Origin: an uncultured Spirochaetota bacterium
Lineage (GTDB): Bacteria; Spirochaetota; Spirochaetia; SZUA-6; Fen-1364
Assembly (NCBI GenBank): GCA_963753085.1
Contig: CAVWBF010000020.1
Location: 365 to 64,364, forward strand
Direction of reading: 5' to 3'
DNA length: 64,000 nucleotides
In this document: positions 18,905 to 30,196 of the stretch, one piece after another
Layout: each line of letters opens with the position of its first letter
Position numbering within the stretch: position 1 is the first letter of the stretch
Notes under the pieces: model-generated
What the model was told of the DNA's origin: nothing
The model's database searches: none
Seen by the model: only the letters and a program-made list of their open reading frames with translations
Program-made: the position numbers and the translations under genes

Positions 18905-19860
18905 ATGGAAACGAGAATGGCCAAAACTGCTGTTTGCAGGGATCAAGAGTTTTGTGCTGAGCAATTCCATTCTCCTGCTGCTGCTTCTGATGTTTGCGGC
19001 ATCGGCGCTCTTCGTGCCGAACTTTCTCAGCCCTTCAACATGAAGAATCTTCTCCTGCAGTCTGTCGACATCATGATCATTTCCGTGGGTGTCACATTCG
19101 TGCTCCTCAACGGCGGGATCGATTTCTCCTGCGTCGCGGTACTGGCTCTTGGCAGCGTTCTCGGAGCTTACATCATGGCGAAGTCTCCGCTCGCTCATAC
19201 CCCTACGCGATTCCAGTAGGTATCTTGGCGATGATATCGATCGGTCTGCTCGTCGGCGCAGTGAACGGGTTCTCTGTGGTCATACTCAAGATGCTCTCTT
19301 CATTGCGACGCTCGCTACGATGATGGTAGGGAGTGGAGTCGCGGTCTGGTTTACAAGCATCGTTTCGGACAAGGCCTCGATCATCGGTCTACCTCAGAAA
19401 TTCTTCATTCTCGGCGGAACACGAGGGCACACATTTCTGCCTATTTATATCGCGCTTGTGCTCATCCTGCTTGCACACTGGCTTCTTTCCACAACTGTAT
19501 TCGGCGCAGGGTATTTGCCATTGGGACGAATCCGAAAGCGGCATTCATTTCCGGTATGCTGGTGAAGCGCACGGTGTTCCTGCTGCTCCTCGTAAGCGGC
19601 GTGTGCGCTGGGATACAAAGCGTGATCGCCACGGCACGAAACCAGGCGGGCATCCCTTCTCTCGGCGATCGTGTGTTCATTGACATCGTCGCTGCCATCA
19701 TTATCGGCGGGACGAGTGTTTTTGGCGGCTCCGGGGGAGTTATCAAGACAGTCTACGGGGTGTTGTTCATTTCCCTGCTGAACAATGATGTCAACATGCT
19801 GGGGATAGAGTGGTACGTGATAAGCCTGATCAAAGGTTTGCTGTGCTGATCGCAGCATTC
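18905..19860 (+). pseudogene. Sugar ABC permease, multiply frameshifted
   Basis: GGIDFS, FIATLATM, AIGTNPKAA and DIVAAIIIGGTSVFGGSG are split across frames. Confidence 0.8.
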
Positions 19861-19933
19861 ATTGACGTGTTCTCCAAACGTATCGATCTCATCAGGCGCT
19901 GACGCGACGCGCGCGGAGAGGAGCTTGGAACCG

Positions 19934-21442
19934 ATGCCCGCAGAAAAGATTCTGGCATTGCGAAAAATCACGAAAAGCTTTTTCGGCGCCGAAGTGCTGC
20001 ATGGAATCGATCTCGAAGTCTTCCGTGGCGAAGTGTTAGGCCTTGTGGGGGAGAACGGCGCGGGGAAGTCGACACTGATGAATATACTGGGAGGCGTTTG
20101 GACGCGCGACGGCGGCAGTATGGAGTTCAATGGCCACCCGTTCGAGCCGGCGAATCCAAAGGATGCGCAGCGAGCGGGGATAGCCTTCATCCACCAGGAG
20201 CTGAGCCTTTTCTCCAACCTGACGGTCGCGGAGAACATCTTCATCGACGAGCTGCCCACCGGCCCTCTGTGGTCAGTGCAATACTCAGCGATGCGATCGA
20301 AGGCTCAGGAGTACATCGACACCTTCGGAGTCCAAACGACGCCGGGGACGAAGATCGCGTCGGTGCCGATGGGGGTTCGCCAGACGGTGGAGGTAACGAA
20401 AGCGCTCATTAAAAAAGCGCAGGTTATCATTTTCGACGAACCGACGACCTCGTTGTCTCAAAAAGAGAAGGAAAATCTCTTCAAGATCATCGACCACCTC
20501 CATCACGAGCAGGGAATTACGGTCATCTATATATCCCATATCCTGGAGGACGTTTTTTCCCTCTGCGAGAGGATCGCCGTGCTTCGCGACGGGACTCTTG
20601 TGGGCGTTGAAGAAACGGCGAAGCTTACGAAGCCTCAAGTGATAAAAATGATGGTCGGCCGTGATCTCGAGCAGATTTATCCGCAGGTAGAAAAAAAGAT
20701 AGGCGAGGTGATTTACCAGGCCCGTGGCATCACCCAGGGCAAGGCGGTGCAGGGTGTGTCGCTTGAACTTCGCGCGGGGGAGGTGGCAGGCTTGTTCGGG
20801 CTCATGGGAGCCGGCAGAACAGAGCTCGTTCGGTGCCTGTTCGGCGTTGACAAGATGGACGCCGGGGAGGTCATCTTTCGCGGCCGGAAAATGAAGTCGA
20901 TCAATCCAGACACCTGCATTCGAAGCGGGATGGCGTTTGTCACGGAGGACCGCAGGCAGGAAGGCTTGCTCATGCCGAAGCCGGTCAAAGACAACCTTGT
21001 GGCGGTGATCCTCGACCGGTTGACGCAGCTGCTCGGGATGGTGAGCCGGAGCAGGGAATCTCAGGAGTCGGAGAAGGCGATACGGGAACTGAATATACGG
21101 GTGTACGACATGAACCGCCAGGAGGTGAAGAGCCTTTCCGGAGGCAATCAACAGAAGGTGGTGATCGGAAAGTGGATCATGAGAAAGCCTTCCATGTTCA
21201 TTCTCGACGAACCGACCCGCGGAGTTGATGTGGGAGCGAAGCACGAAATCTACGTGATCATCAACGACATGGCTCGCAACGGCGCCACAGTGTTGTTTGT
21301 CTCGTCAGAGATGGAAGAGCTCATGGGCGTATGTGATCGAATCATGGTCATCCACGGCGGGAAGATCGTCGCCGACTTCAGCAAAGGTGAGTACGACCAG
21401 GAACGGATCATGAGCTTTGCGCTCGGCGGGGATGGGAGCTAG
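19934..21442 (+). CDS. Sugar ABC ATP-binding protein (RbsA-like)
   Basis: GENGAGKS, IFDEPT, LSGGNQQKV and ILDEPTRGVDVG; the frame is intact. The start may be TTG 19925. Confidence 0.92.
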   Translation: MPAEKILALRKITKSFFGAEVLHGIDLEVFRGEVLGLVGENGAGKSTLMNILGGVWTRDGGSMEFNGHPFEPANPKDAQRAGIAFIHQELSLFSNLTVAENIFIDELPTGPLWSVQYSAMRSKAQEYIDTFGVQTTPGTKIASVPMGVRQTVEVTKALIKKAQVIIFDEPTTSLSQKEKENLFKIIDHLHHEQGITVIYISHILEDVFSLCERIAVLRDGTLVGVEETAKLTKPQVIKMMVGRDLEQIYPQVEKKIGEVIYQARGITQGKAVQGVSLELRAGEVAGLFGLMGAGRTELVRCLFGVDKMDAGEVIFRGRKMKSINPDTCIRSGMAFVTEDRRQEGLLMPKPVKDNLVAVILDRLTQLLGMVSRSRESQESEKAIRELNIRVYDMNRQEVKSLSGGNQQKVVIGKWIMRKPSMFILDEPTRGVDVGAKHEIYVIINDMARNGATVLFVSSEMEELMGVCDRIMVIHGGKIVADFSKGEYDQERIMSFALGGDGS

Positions 21443-21445
21443 GGA

Positions 21446-22444
21446 ATGTCAGCGGAAACAACCTTGATTCAATTGAACTCCCGGAGACTCTACAGCATCC
21501 TCTATCGCTACGGCATCTACGTTGTTCTTGGAATCATGATCATTTTCTTCAGCACGACGAACAAGAACTTCCTCACGCTGGAGAACGCGATGATCATCCT
21601 GCAGCAGGCGGCGCCTCTGGGAATCGCGGCAATCGGGATGACCTTCGTCCTGGTCGTGGCGGGGATCGACATCTCGGTTGGACAGAACATGTACCTCTCG
21701 GCGATCCTTGTTGGAATCGCTATGGAAGCAATGAAGCCATCGGGTTTTCTCGGCTCGTTCTGGAGCTATGTGGTCATTTATACGATCGCCTTGTTCGTCG
21801 GCGCGTCGGTGGGCGCCCTGAACGGGCTGGTGATCTCGCGCTTCAAGTTTGTGCCGTTCATTGCCTCGCTTGCGACAATGGGAATCGCTCGCGGAGTCGG
21901 TCTTATCTCTTCCAACTCGAAGGTCTATTACGTGGAAAAGTTGAGCCCTATCTCCAATGGGGGAATCGGCGGCGTCCCCTACGTCGTCATTATCCTCGTC
22001 GTGCTGGCGGTCGTCTTCCAATATGTCCTCCGTCGAACGCCGTTCGGGAGGCATCTCATGGCGATTGGCAACGATCCAATCGCCGCACAGAAGGTGGGAA
22101 TCAATGTGGCGATTCTTGTCTTCTTCGCCTACCTCATCTGCGGCACGCTGGCAGGCCTGGCCGGAACGCTTTCCGCGGGGCAGGTAGGCAATGTCGCCGT
22201 CTTTTTTGCGGATGGAAACGAGTTCCTTGTCATTTCAGCGGCGGTGCTGGGCGGAACCAGCCTTTTCGGTGGCAAGGGAAGCGTTCTCCCCGGTGCGCTG
22301 ATAGGCATCATACTGGTAACCACGATCGTCAATGGAATGACGATGATGAACGCCTCCCCTTACGCATACAAGATTGTGCGTGGCGCGATCATTTTTCTCG
22401 CGGTCATGGTGGACAGCCTCAATTACAAGGGTGAGCTCCGTTGA
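21446..22444 (+). CDS. Sugar ABC permease
   Basis: AGIDISVG and ISAAVLGGTSLFGGKGS; the frame is intact. Confidence 0.9.
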   Translation: MSAETTLIQLNSRRLYSILYRYGIYVVLGIMIIFFSTTNKNFLTLENAMIILQQAAPLGIAAIGMTFVLVVAGIDISVGQNMYLSAILVGIAMEAMKPSGFLGSFWSYVVIYTIALFVGASVGALNGLVISRFKFVPFIASLATMGIARGVGLISSNSKVYYVEKLSPISNGGIGGVPYVVIILVVLAVVFQYVLRRTPFGRHLMAIGNDPIAAQKVGINVAILVFFAYLICGTLAGLAGTLSAGQVGNVAVFFADGNEFLVISAAVLGGTSLFGGKGSVLPGALIGIILVTTIVNGMTMMNASPYAYKIVRGAIIFLAVMVDSLNYKGELR

Positions 22445-22474
22445 AGGGCGAGCAGGAAAGAGAGATAGGGTGAG

Positions 22475-23621
22475 ATGAAAATCGACACAGGAGCAGTGAA
22501 AGCCAGGCTCAGAGAGCAGAAAATCGGCACCCCGACGTGGGGCTATGGAGATTCGGGAACGAGGTTCCACGTACTCCACCGCGCAAGCCGGCCGAGAACC
22601 CTGGAGGAGAAGCTCGATGACGCGGCCGTCGTCCAGAAGCTCACCGGGGTTTGCCCGTACGTCGACCTTCACACGGCGTGGGATACGAGCGATGATTGGG
22701 GCGGCATCAGGCGATACGCTTCCGACCTTGGGCTCCGCATTGGGGCCATCAACCCGCACCTTTTCGAGGAAGACGATTACGTCCTGGGTTCTCTGTGCAA
22801 CCCGAGCGAGCGAGTGAGGGAGAAATCGGTCGGCAAGCTCCTCGATGCGGTGCAGATTGCGAAAGCAGTCGGTGCCTCTGTGATCAGCCTCTGGTTTGCC
22901 GACGGCACTGATTACCCGGGACAGGACAGCTTCCGCGGAAGGAAAAAGCGCCTTTTGGACGGCCTCCTCCGCGTGTATAAGGCGATGTCGGCTGACATGA
23001 AGATGGTCATCGAATACAAGTTCTTCGAGCCGGGCTTCTACCATATGGATCTTGCGGACTGGGGCGGCGCCTACATGCTCGCACGCGCCTTGGGGGAGAA
23101 GGCGAAAGTTCTCGTCGATCTGGGGCATCACGCGCAGGGAGCAAACATTGAGCACATCGTGGCCCTGCTCCTGAGCGAGGACAAGTTGGGCGGCTTCCAT
23201 TTCAACGACAAGAAGTACGGCGATGACGATCTCACCGTCGGGGCCATCAACCCGTACCAGCTTTTCCTCGTCTTCTGCGAACTGGTGTCGGCGGAGGCCG
23301 ACCCGCAGACCCGTACGTACGCGCGACAGGTAGCCCTGATGATCGACGAGAACCACAACTTCAAGAATCCCATAGAGGGCACCATTCAGTCCTTCATGGG
23401 GCTTCAGATACATTCGCAAGGGAGCTCCTGCGTACTACGTCTGGGACGCGGCCGACGGTGAGGTGATCAGGGCGGAGGAGTGCCTGAAGGATGCCTACCT
23501 CACGGACGTCAGACCGCTGCTGCGGGATGTCAGGACGGAGATGGGCAGGGACCCCGATCCGCTGGAAAGCTTTCGTGGAAGTGGCTACATGGGCAAGATC
23601 ACGCGCGAGCGGGGATCCTGA
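22475..23621 (+). pseudogene. rhaI: L-rhamnose isomerase (RhaI type), frameshifted near 23410
   Basis: TPTWGYGDSGTRF, LWFADGTDYPGQ, IEYKFFEP, DLGHH and HFNDKKYGDDDL. The C-terminal helix continues in another frame to TGA 23621. Confidence 0.8.
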
Positions 23622-23636
23622 GCAAAGGGAGGAAGA

Positions 23637-24616
23637 ATGGCATTTGAGTTGAAGTTCGGTGTCATCACGGTGTGCGTAGGAAACGTGGGCGACCGTTTCC
23701 TGACATCGGGATACAAGGAGCGCGTGGGCTTAGAGGAGCGGCTGAGGAGGATCGCGAGCATCGAGGCATCACGGGGGTTGAGCTCTGCTACGATCCGCGC
23801 GGCGAAGAGGGAGACGCCGCGCTGGTTCGGAAGCTGCTCGCTGCCCATCGGCTGCACGCCCCTGTTGTGAACGCGCCCCTGGTCGGCGATAAGCGTTGGA
23901 TGTTCGGCACGTTCTCGGCGGCTGACCGCGAGGTTCGCCGCGAAGCCATAGAGGTGACCAGACAAACAATTGACTTCGCGGAGGCGACAGGCGCGGAGAT
24001 CGTCAACCTCTGGCTGGGGCAGGACGGCTTCGATTATCCGTTCCAAGCCGACTACGGGGAACAGTGGCAGAACATGGTGAATGGTGTGCGCACCTGCGCT
24101 GAATACAAGCCTAAGATCCGCCTCGCGCTGGAGTTCAAGCCTCGGGAGCCGAGAAACCGGGCGCTGATCGACTCCGCATCAACTTCGATCCTGCTGGCGC
24201 GGGAGATCGACCGGCCGAATGTCGGTGTCACAATCGATAACGGACACGTGCTGCAGGTCGGGGCGAATATGTCGCAGGCCGTTGAACTGTGCTCGCGGGC
24301 GGGGCGACTTTTCAATATGCATCTGAACGACAACTACGCGGGATGGGACGACGACATGATCGCGGGGTCTGTCCACCTCGTGGAGTACCTGGAGCTCCTC
24401 TATACCCTTAGGAAGATCCGCTACGGTGGCTGGTGTTCAATCGACATTTTCCCCTACCGCGAGAACGCGGAGCGTGCAACGGAAGAAAGCGTGGCCTTCC
24501 TTGCCGCGTGTGATCGGTGGGTGGGAAAAGTCGGAATGGAGAAGATACGTTCGCTCATTCTCGGCGGCGACGTCACGGAAATGCTCCGGACGATTCGCTT
24601 GAGCCTGCTCAGCTGA
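23637..24616 (+). pseudogene. Xylose-isomerase-like TIM-barrel protein (paralog of 4796..5767), frameshifted near 23765
   Basis: NLWLGQDGFDY, LEFKPREPR, IDNGH and HLNDNYAGWDDDM. Confidence 0.85.
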
Positions 24617-24633
24617 GAGAAGTGAGGGGCGAA

Positions 24634-25577
24634 ATGCCGGAAATATGGACCATGGGAGAGATGCTGGTGGAGATCATGCGGCCCCGCGCGGGCATGCAGC
24701 TCTCCGAAGCGGGCGAGTTTCTCGGCCCCTTTCCTAGCGGAGCCGCGATCTTTATAGACACCGTGGCGCGGCTCGGTCACTCCGCGGGTATCATCGGGGG
24801 AGTTGGAAGGGATGATTTCGGGGCGTGTATCACGAACCGCCTGCGAAGCCACGGTGTCGATCTCCGCTTCGTACAAGTCGTTCCAGACCGCTCCACGGCG
24901 GTAGCCTTCGTCGTGTATTTCGTGGATGGTTCGCGAAAGTCATCTACCACATCGACGGAACCCCTGCGGCTGCCTCGGCCTTTCCCCGTGACTCGCTGCC
25001 TGAAGTGCCTCGCTTCTTTCATGTGATGGGCTGCTCCCTCATGGTAAACAATCGGTTCCGCGAATCGATTTTCGAGGCCACGAAACTTTTCCACGAGCAG
25101 GGAGCCAAGATATCCTTAGACCCGAACATCCGCTCGGAGCTACTGGCCGGAGAAGACATCCACAAGGTGGTTGGGCCAGTGCTGGAGCGGTGTTCGGTGC
25201 TCCTCCCAGGGGTGGCTGAGCTCGAGCTACTCGCCGGGGTCTCGGGTGTGGAGTCGTCGGCCCGCGCACTTTTCAAGAGCAGAACTCTCGAGGTGATTGT
25301 GTTGAAGCGAGGAAAAGGCGGCGCGACGCTGCTCGAGCGGCGGAGGAAGATTGATGTTCCTGCCTACGCGGTGAAAGAGGTGGACCAGACCGGCGACGGG
25401 GACAGCTTCGATGCTGGTTTACTCTGCGGGCTTTAGGAGAATAGTCCGATAGAAGAGTGCGGCAGGAACGCCGCGGCTGCGGACTACGACAACGCCTCTG
25501 CCTTCGGGCCGATGGAAGGTGACATCAGCACGAATGCGGTCCGAGGCTTGATGGAAAAGAGCGCTTCTGTGAGCTAA
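24634..25577 (+). pseudogene. PfkB family sugar kinase, disrupted
   Basis: MGEMLVE, GGVGRDDFG, SLDPNIR and VDQTGDGDSFDAG; frameshifts near 24940-25020 and an in-frame TAG at about 25434. Confidence 0.85.
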
Positions 25578-25631
25578 CAGAAGGACTCGTAAAGGTCGGG
25601 ATCAGTCGCGAATGCAGAAAAGGAGAGAAAA

Positions 25632-26833
25632 GTGACGTCGTTAGAACTGTCTCGTTTACCGCCGCCCCCGATGACCAGCAGGCAAGAGATAACAGAGAAG
25701 ATAGGACGATTGCGGAGAGTTCTAGAACACGGCGGCCACGACACGATCCTTCTCAGCAGCGAGGGGGCAGTGAGATGGCTAACGGGCATCCGTCACCAGG
25801 TCATCGATGTAGCCCCCGATGCACAGAGATCCGTCCAGGTTCTGATCAGAATGCGGACGTCCTCGGCGGAAATGATCTTCCTCACAGCGAGAACAGAGAT
25901 GCCGCGGGTACTGGATCAGATCAGAAGGTCTTTAGCCAGGTGCCTGGCACGGAGCTGGACTTCCGTGAATCGCTGCTGCCGCTGCGAGATGGCGCGCTGC
26001 TACTGGGGAGCACCGGGTACGACGAGGCGCTCGGCGCCATCGTGCGGCCCCTTCTAGAAGGAATGAACGGACTCCAGAAGGGGAAGCTGGAGTGGCTCCA
26101 TGCGATGACCACCGCCGTGCTCGCCGAAACAGCGCTCCAGCTCCAGCCGGGTACGACCGGGGCCGCGGTCAAGGGCCTGGTGTTACAGTCCCTGGCCGCC
26201 CGTGATGTGGAATGCAACCTTATCCTCGTCGCGCTCGCGGGCCAGGAAAAACACCTGCATCCTCTTTACAGCTCGGACTATCGCGTCGATCAAGGTTGTT
26301 GGGTAAAACTTGTGGCCGGTGGCAGATATGCCGAGCTCATCGCTTCCGTCACGGTCATGGCGAAGATTGGCAGCCGCTTGTCTGCCGAGGAGAAAGGCAT
26401 CTATAACGCGCTCCAGCAGGGCGCGGTGGAATACGCCGACCTGTACAGGCGCGGAGCGGTTGAATCGGATATTTACCGGGAGGTCGGCGCGCGGTTTGCG
26501 GAGGTAGAGAAGAAACACGGGCTGCAGGGTTTCCAAGCCTCCGCGTATCATCATCACCTGGGAGGGCCGATCAGCCCCCTCGGTAACAGGGATTACCTAC
26601 TTGAAGAAGGCGGAACGCGCAGCATGTTCCCCTGGATGCAGTTCGCCATCAACCCCTGCGAGGTGCTCAGGAACACCAAGGTCGAGCTCCAGGGGATTGT
26701 CATGCCTGACGGGGCTCCGCTCGTGTTGGACGGGTCACGTTTTGTGCCCAGAAACCTGGGTTTCTTTTCCGAGTTCCGAGCCAGTGGGGGCACCGTGGCC
26801 TCAGTGTCCAATGACGTTGAAGTTCTCGCATGA
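25632..26833 (+). pseudogene. M24/creatinase-fold-like protein, frameshifted near 25925
   Basis: Creatinase-N-like start (ILLSSEGAVRWLTG) followed by KHLHP...GGRYAELIASVT...HHLGG...FAINP. Confidence 0.6.
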
Positions 26834-26884
26834 GTATCCAGCGAGCGGGCACGAAGGGGTCCAGGCATCACCAGGAGAAGGGCG

Positions 26885-27947
26885 ATGAATCTCTATCAAA
26901 GCGAAAAGAACGACCTTGACATCTGGAAAGCTCAACACTTGGAGCCCGTAGATCGCGTACCAGTTCATTTCAGCGACCAGCTTGATTTTCTCGGAGGGTG
27001 GCTGGGGCTCGACAGGCAGAGGTACCATCTCGATCCTGGGGTTACCCTTGATGCGCAGGTCAGGTTCAATCAGAGCTTCGGTGGAACAGGAATTTGGACC
27101 GAACTACGGTGTCGCGCTGGAGACGTCCGCCTTTGGCGCAAGGATCATTTTCACGAAGGAAAACCCTCCGTGGGTGGCAACGGCGTGCGCCGACTACGAG
27201 AACCTGAAAGACTACGTTGCGAACCTCGGAGAACCTGACCCATTGTTGAGCGGATACCTGCCTCTGATGTATCAGTCCTATTTCGTGATGCGAAAAGCGA
27301 CGGGTGGCGCAATTGCACCTCCGCTTGGAGTCATTGCATCGATTGATGTCGCGACGCTGCTTGTCGGAATGGAGAATCTCTGCCTTGGAATCAAGCTCAT
27401 TCCGGATACCGTACATGAATTGCTAACGAAGATTAACCGCTTCCTGATCAATTTCGTAGAAACGAAGGCCCGGCTATTCGACGTCACTACGGTTGGAGTG
27501 CTGGACCTGTATGGAGATAATGCAGCATATCTTTCAAGAAACGATTTTATGGAGTTTGTGGCCCCCTACAACAAGGCAGTGTACGACTATTTCAGGGACG
27601 ACCGGACGGTGTGCCTGTACCATTCTGATGGCAATCTGAGTCACCTTATAGATGCGATTCCGGAAATGGGAGCAAACTGCCTGTACAGTTTTGACCCACA
27701 CACCGACTTACAGAAGTTCGTTGAGGTGATTGGAGACAGGGTTTGTCTTATGGGAAACATAGACCCCGTTCGCGTCATGCGAAATGGCACGGCGGAAGAC
27801 GTGAAGAATTCTGTACGAGGTATTTTGGAAGTGGGGAAAAAGGCAAAGGGTTTTGTGCTGTCAACTGGCGGTGAGCTTGCCAACGGCACGCCCCCAGGGA
27901 ACATACGCGCAGCTCTTGAGGCGGCTGAACTCCATGGAGAATACTAG
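26885..27947 (+). pseudogene. Second UroD/MtaA-CmuA family protein, frameshifted near 27090
   Basis: FMEFVAPY, LYHSDGN, LMGNIDPV and LSTGGELANGTPPGNI. Confidence 0.8.
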
Positions 27948-28106
27948 TGCGCGGTGACAGAAGCCGCGAGCACGAGGGAAGTGGGGCACGTTTGTTTTGC
28001 CAATGCGGAAATTTCACTGTCACCAGGGAAGAGTTTGCCTTTCATGATTGAATGGTAATGAGTGTTTTGGTAGATTGGTGCGAATAATCGAGACGGGAGG
28101 TTCAAG

Positions 28107-28968
28107 ATGAAGTTCGGAACGCTGTTCGCCTACTGGGTGCGGGAATGGAAAGGGGATTATTCCCTGTTCGCCAAGAAGGTTGCAAAGATAGGGTTCGACA
28201 TTCTGGAGGTTTCCGCGGGGCAACTCCTCACATGTCAACAAAGAACTGGATGAACTCGGGAAGTTGACGAAAGATCTTGGGATCGCCATCACTTCATATC
28301 GGTCCGGGGAAAAACAAAGACGTGTCATCGAAGAACCCCGCCATCAGAAAAGCAGGGATCAAGCATCTGACCGCGATCATGCATGCGATGGATCGTCTGG
28401 ATTGCGGGTGTTGGCGGGAGTCTTGTATTCATACTGGCCCTGCGAGTTTGATAAAGTTGACAAGAAGGCTGCCTGGGAATTGGGCATCGTCAGCGTTAGA
28501 GAGTTGGCAAAGACCGCTGAATCTCTCGGAATCGACCTATGCCTCGAGGTAGTAAATCGATTCGAAACATATATCCTCAATACCAGCGAAGAGGCGGTGC
28601 GCTACTGTAAAGCCATTGGAAGCAAGAGGGCCAAGATTCTCCTGGACACCTTTCACATGAACATTGAAGAAGACAATATCGGGGACGCAATACGTCTTGC
28701 CGGTCGACATCTCGGGCATCTGCACGTCGGTGAAGGCAACCGAAAAGTCCCTGGAAAAGGCCACCTCCCGTGGAATGAAATCGGCAAGGCCTTGAGGGAT
28801 ATTCATTATGACAAGGGAGTCGTAATGGAGCCATTCGTTCTGGAGGGCGGCCAGGTCGGAAACGACATAAAGGTATGGCGAGACCTCAGCGGAAACGCAA
28901 CCGCGGTAAAAATGGACCGGGAGATCAAGAATTCCTTGAAGTTCCTCAAACAGGCCTTCTTGAGGTAA
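28107..28968 (+). pseudogene. D-psicose/D-tagatose 3-epimerase family, disrupted in the N-half
   Basis: MKFGTLFAYWVREW, LEVVNRFE, LDTFHMNIEE, HVGEGNRKVPGKG and MEPFV...IKVWRDL; several indels between 28230 and 28420. Confidence 0.85.
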
Positions 28969-29211
28969 GGTCCGTGTATACGTGAGACGGGGCATCCACT
29001 TCGACAACCCTATAATAAGAACGACGCTTGGTCCGTGGAACCACTTCCCTTCTGTTCAAGCCGACAGACTGAATACCCTTCGCGGCTTCGCCAGTGACTG
29101 CAAAGGGACTGGGCAGCGACCGTTTTTCGTCGTTCGACAAGCGCCGCGGAGGCCGCAAGACCAGGACCGGCATCCGCAACGCGGAATTTTCGCCTTGAAA
29201 AAGAAAAATGA

Positions 29212-29239
29212 TTGACAAACCGCGGGCAACGGGTAAACT
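29212..29239 (+). promoter_or_regulatory. Candidate sigma70 promoter
   Basis: TTGACA-N16-TAAACT upstream of the lipoprotein gene. Confidence 0.45.
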
Positions 29240-29320
29240 GCGTCCAATCACAAAAGCGGAATAGGTAAAGTCCGAGCATCTATCCGCAAAAAGACTTTTC
29301 AAAATTTAAAGGAATGGGAA

Positions 29321-29794
29321 ATGAAAAAGCTTCTGGGTCTTCTGGTCGTTGCCGTGCTGCTCAGCGGATGCGGCACCCTTTTCAGCGGTACAGACGCGAA
29401 CATGAAGGTCACCGCAAGTCCGGCTCGTGCAACCGTTATGATCAAGTCCCAGTCAGGACAGGTCTTTTACAACGGATTGGCTCCCGTCGAGGTGAGGCTT
29501 CCCAAGAAAGAGACGTATACCGTGGAGATCTCTCTGGCCGGTTACAAGACCCAGACAGTCGCCATTACCCAGAGCGTGACGGGTTGGTTCTGGGGGAACT
29601 TCTGCTTTGGCGACGTGATCGGCATGGTGATCGACTTCGTCACCGGCGGCATGTGGGACCTTCACCCCACGGAGATCGATGCCAAGCTCACAGTGGCAAT
29701 GACAAACGGCGCTTCCGGTCCCGCGGTGGTCTTCTACACCCGCGACGATGAGGGACAGCTTCGCTACGTCATTGTTCCGCTGCTGAGGGCCTGA
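29321..29794 (+). CDS. Lipoprotein with PEGA-like domain
   Basis: Lipobox LSG-C, a beta-rich segment (VEISLAGYK) and a hydrophobic WFWGNFCFG...IGMVIDFVTG hairpin. Confidence 0.75.
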   Translation: MKKLLGLLVVAVLLSGCGTLFSGTDANMKVTASPARATVMIKSQSGQVFYNGLAPVEVRLPKKETYTVEISLAGYKTQTVAITQSVTGWFWGNFCFGDVIGMVIDFVTGGMWDLHPTEIDAKLTVAMTNGASGPAVVFYTRDDEGQLRYVIVPLLRA

Positions 29795-29800
29795 ACGCCC

Positions 29801-30196
29801 GTGTCTCTGGGAAAATGGAGCCTCGGCTCCATTTTTCTCCTGGCCTTTACGCTCGGGAGTCCTTTCCCAGCTCCGGCTGAGGATCCTTATGAGCCGGGGG
29901 AGAGGACTCCCGTCCTTCTGTCCTCAGTCAGGTCAGGGCCATCCGCGATGGACTGGCTCTTCGGCTTCTACCAGGATGTCCTGGAATACAATACGATTCA
30001 CCGCTGCCCCTTCTATACAACCTGCTCCTATTTCGCCAAAGAACAAATTGAAAAACGCGGACTCATACTCGGAACCCTTTTCTTTATCGATCGATATATC
30101 TACCGGGAAAACATGGCCGCGTTTTTCCTGTATCCCCTGAAACAGAACAAGGACGGGATTTACAAGCTCGATGATGACTACTTCCTCGAAAACTAG
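29801..30196 (+). CDS. YidD-like (haemolytic-domain) protein with an N-terminal signal/anchor
   Basis: FYQ...RCPFYTTCSYFAKEQIEKRG motif, matching the YidD CxFxPTCS pattern. Confidence 0.7.
   Translation: MSLGKWSLGSIFLLAFTLGSPFPAPAEDPYEPGERTPVLLSSVRSGPSAMDWLFGFYQDVLEYNTIHRCPFYTTCSYFAKEQIEKRGLILGTLFFIDRYIYRENMAAFFLYPLKQNKDGIYKLDDDYFLEN

Noticed and set aside
27980-28000. Sigma54-like GGCAC...TTGC upstream of the epimerase
   Set aside because: GG-to-GC spacing is 12 nt instead of the required 10.
28970-29310. Possible riboswitch or small ORF at the island's right boundary
   Set aside because: No recognisable aptamer core, and the short ORFs lack an RBS or motifs. Only a promoter candidate is retained.
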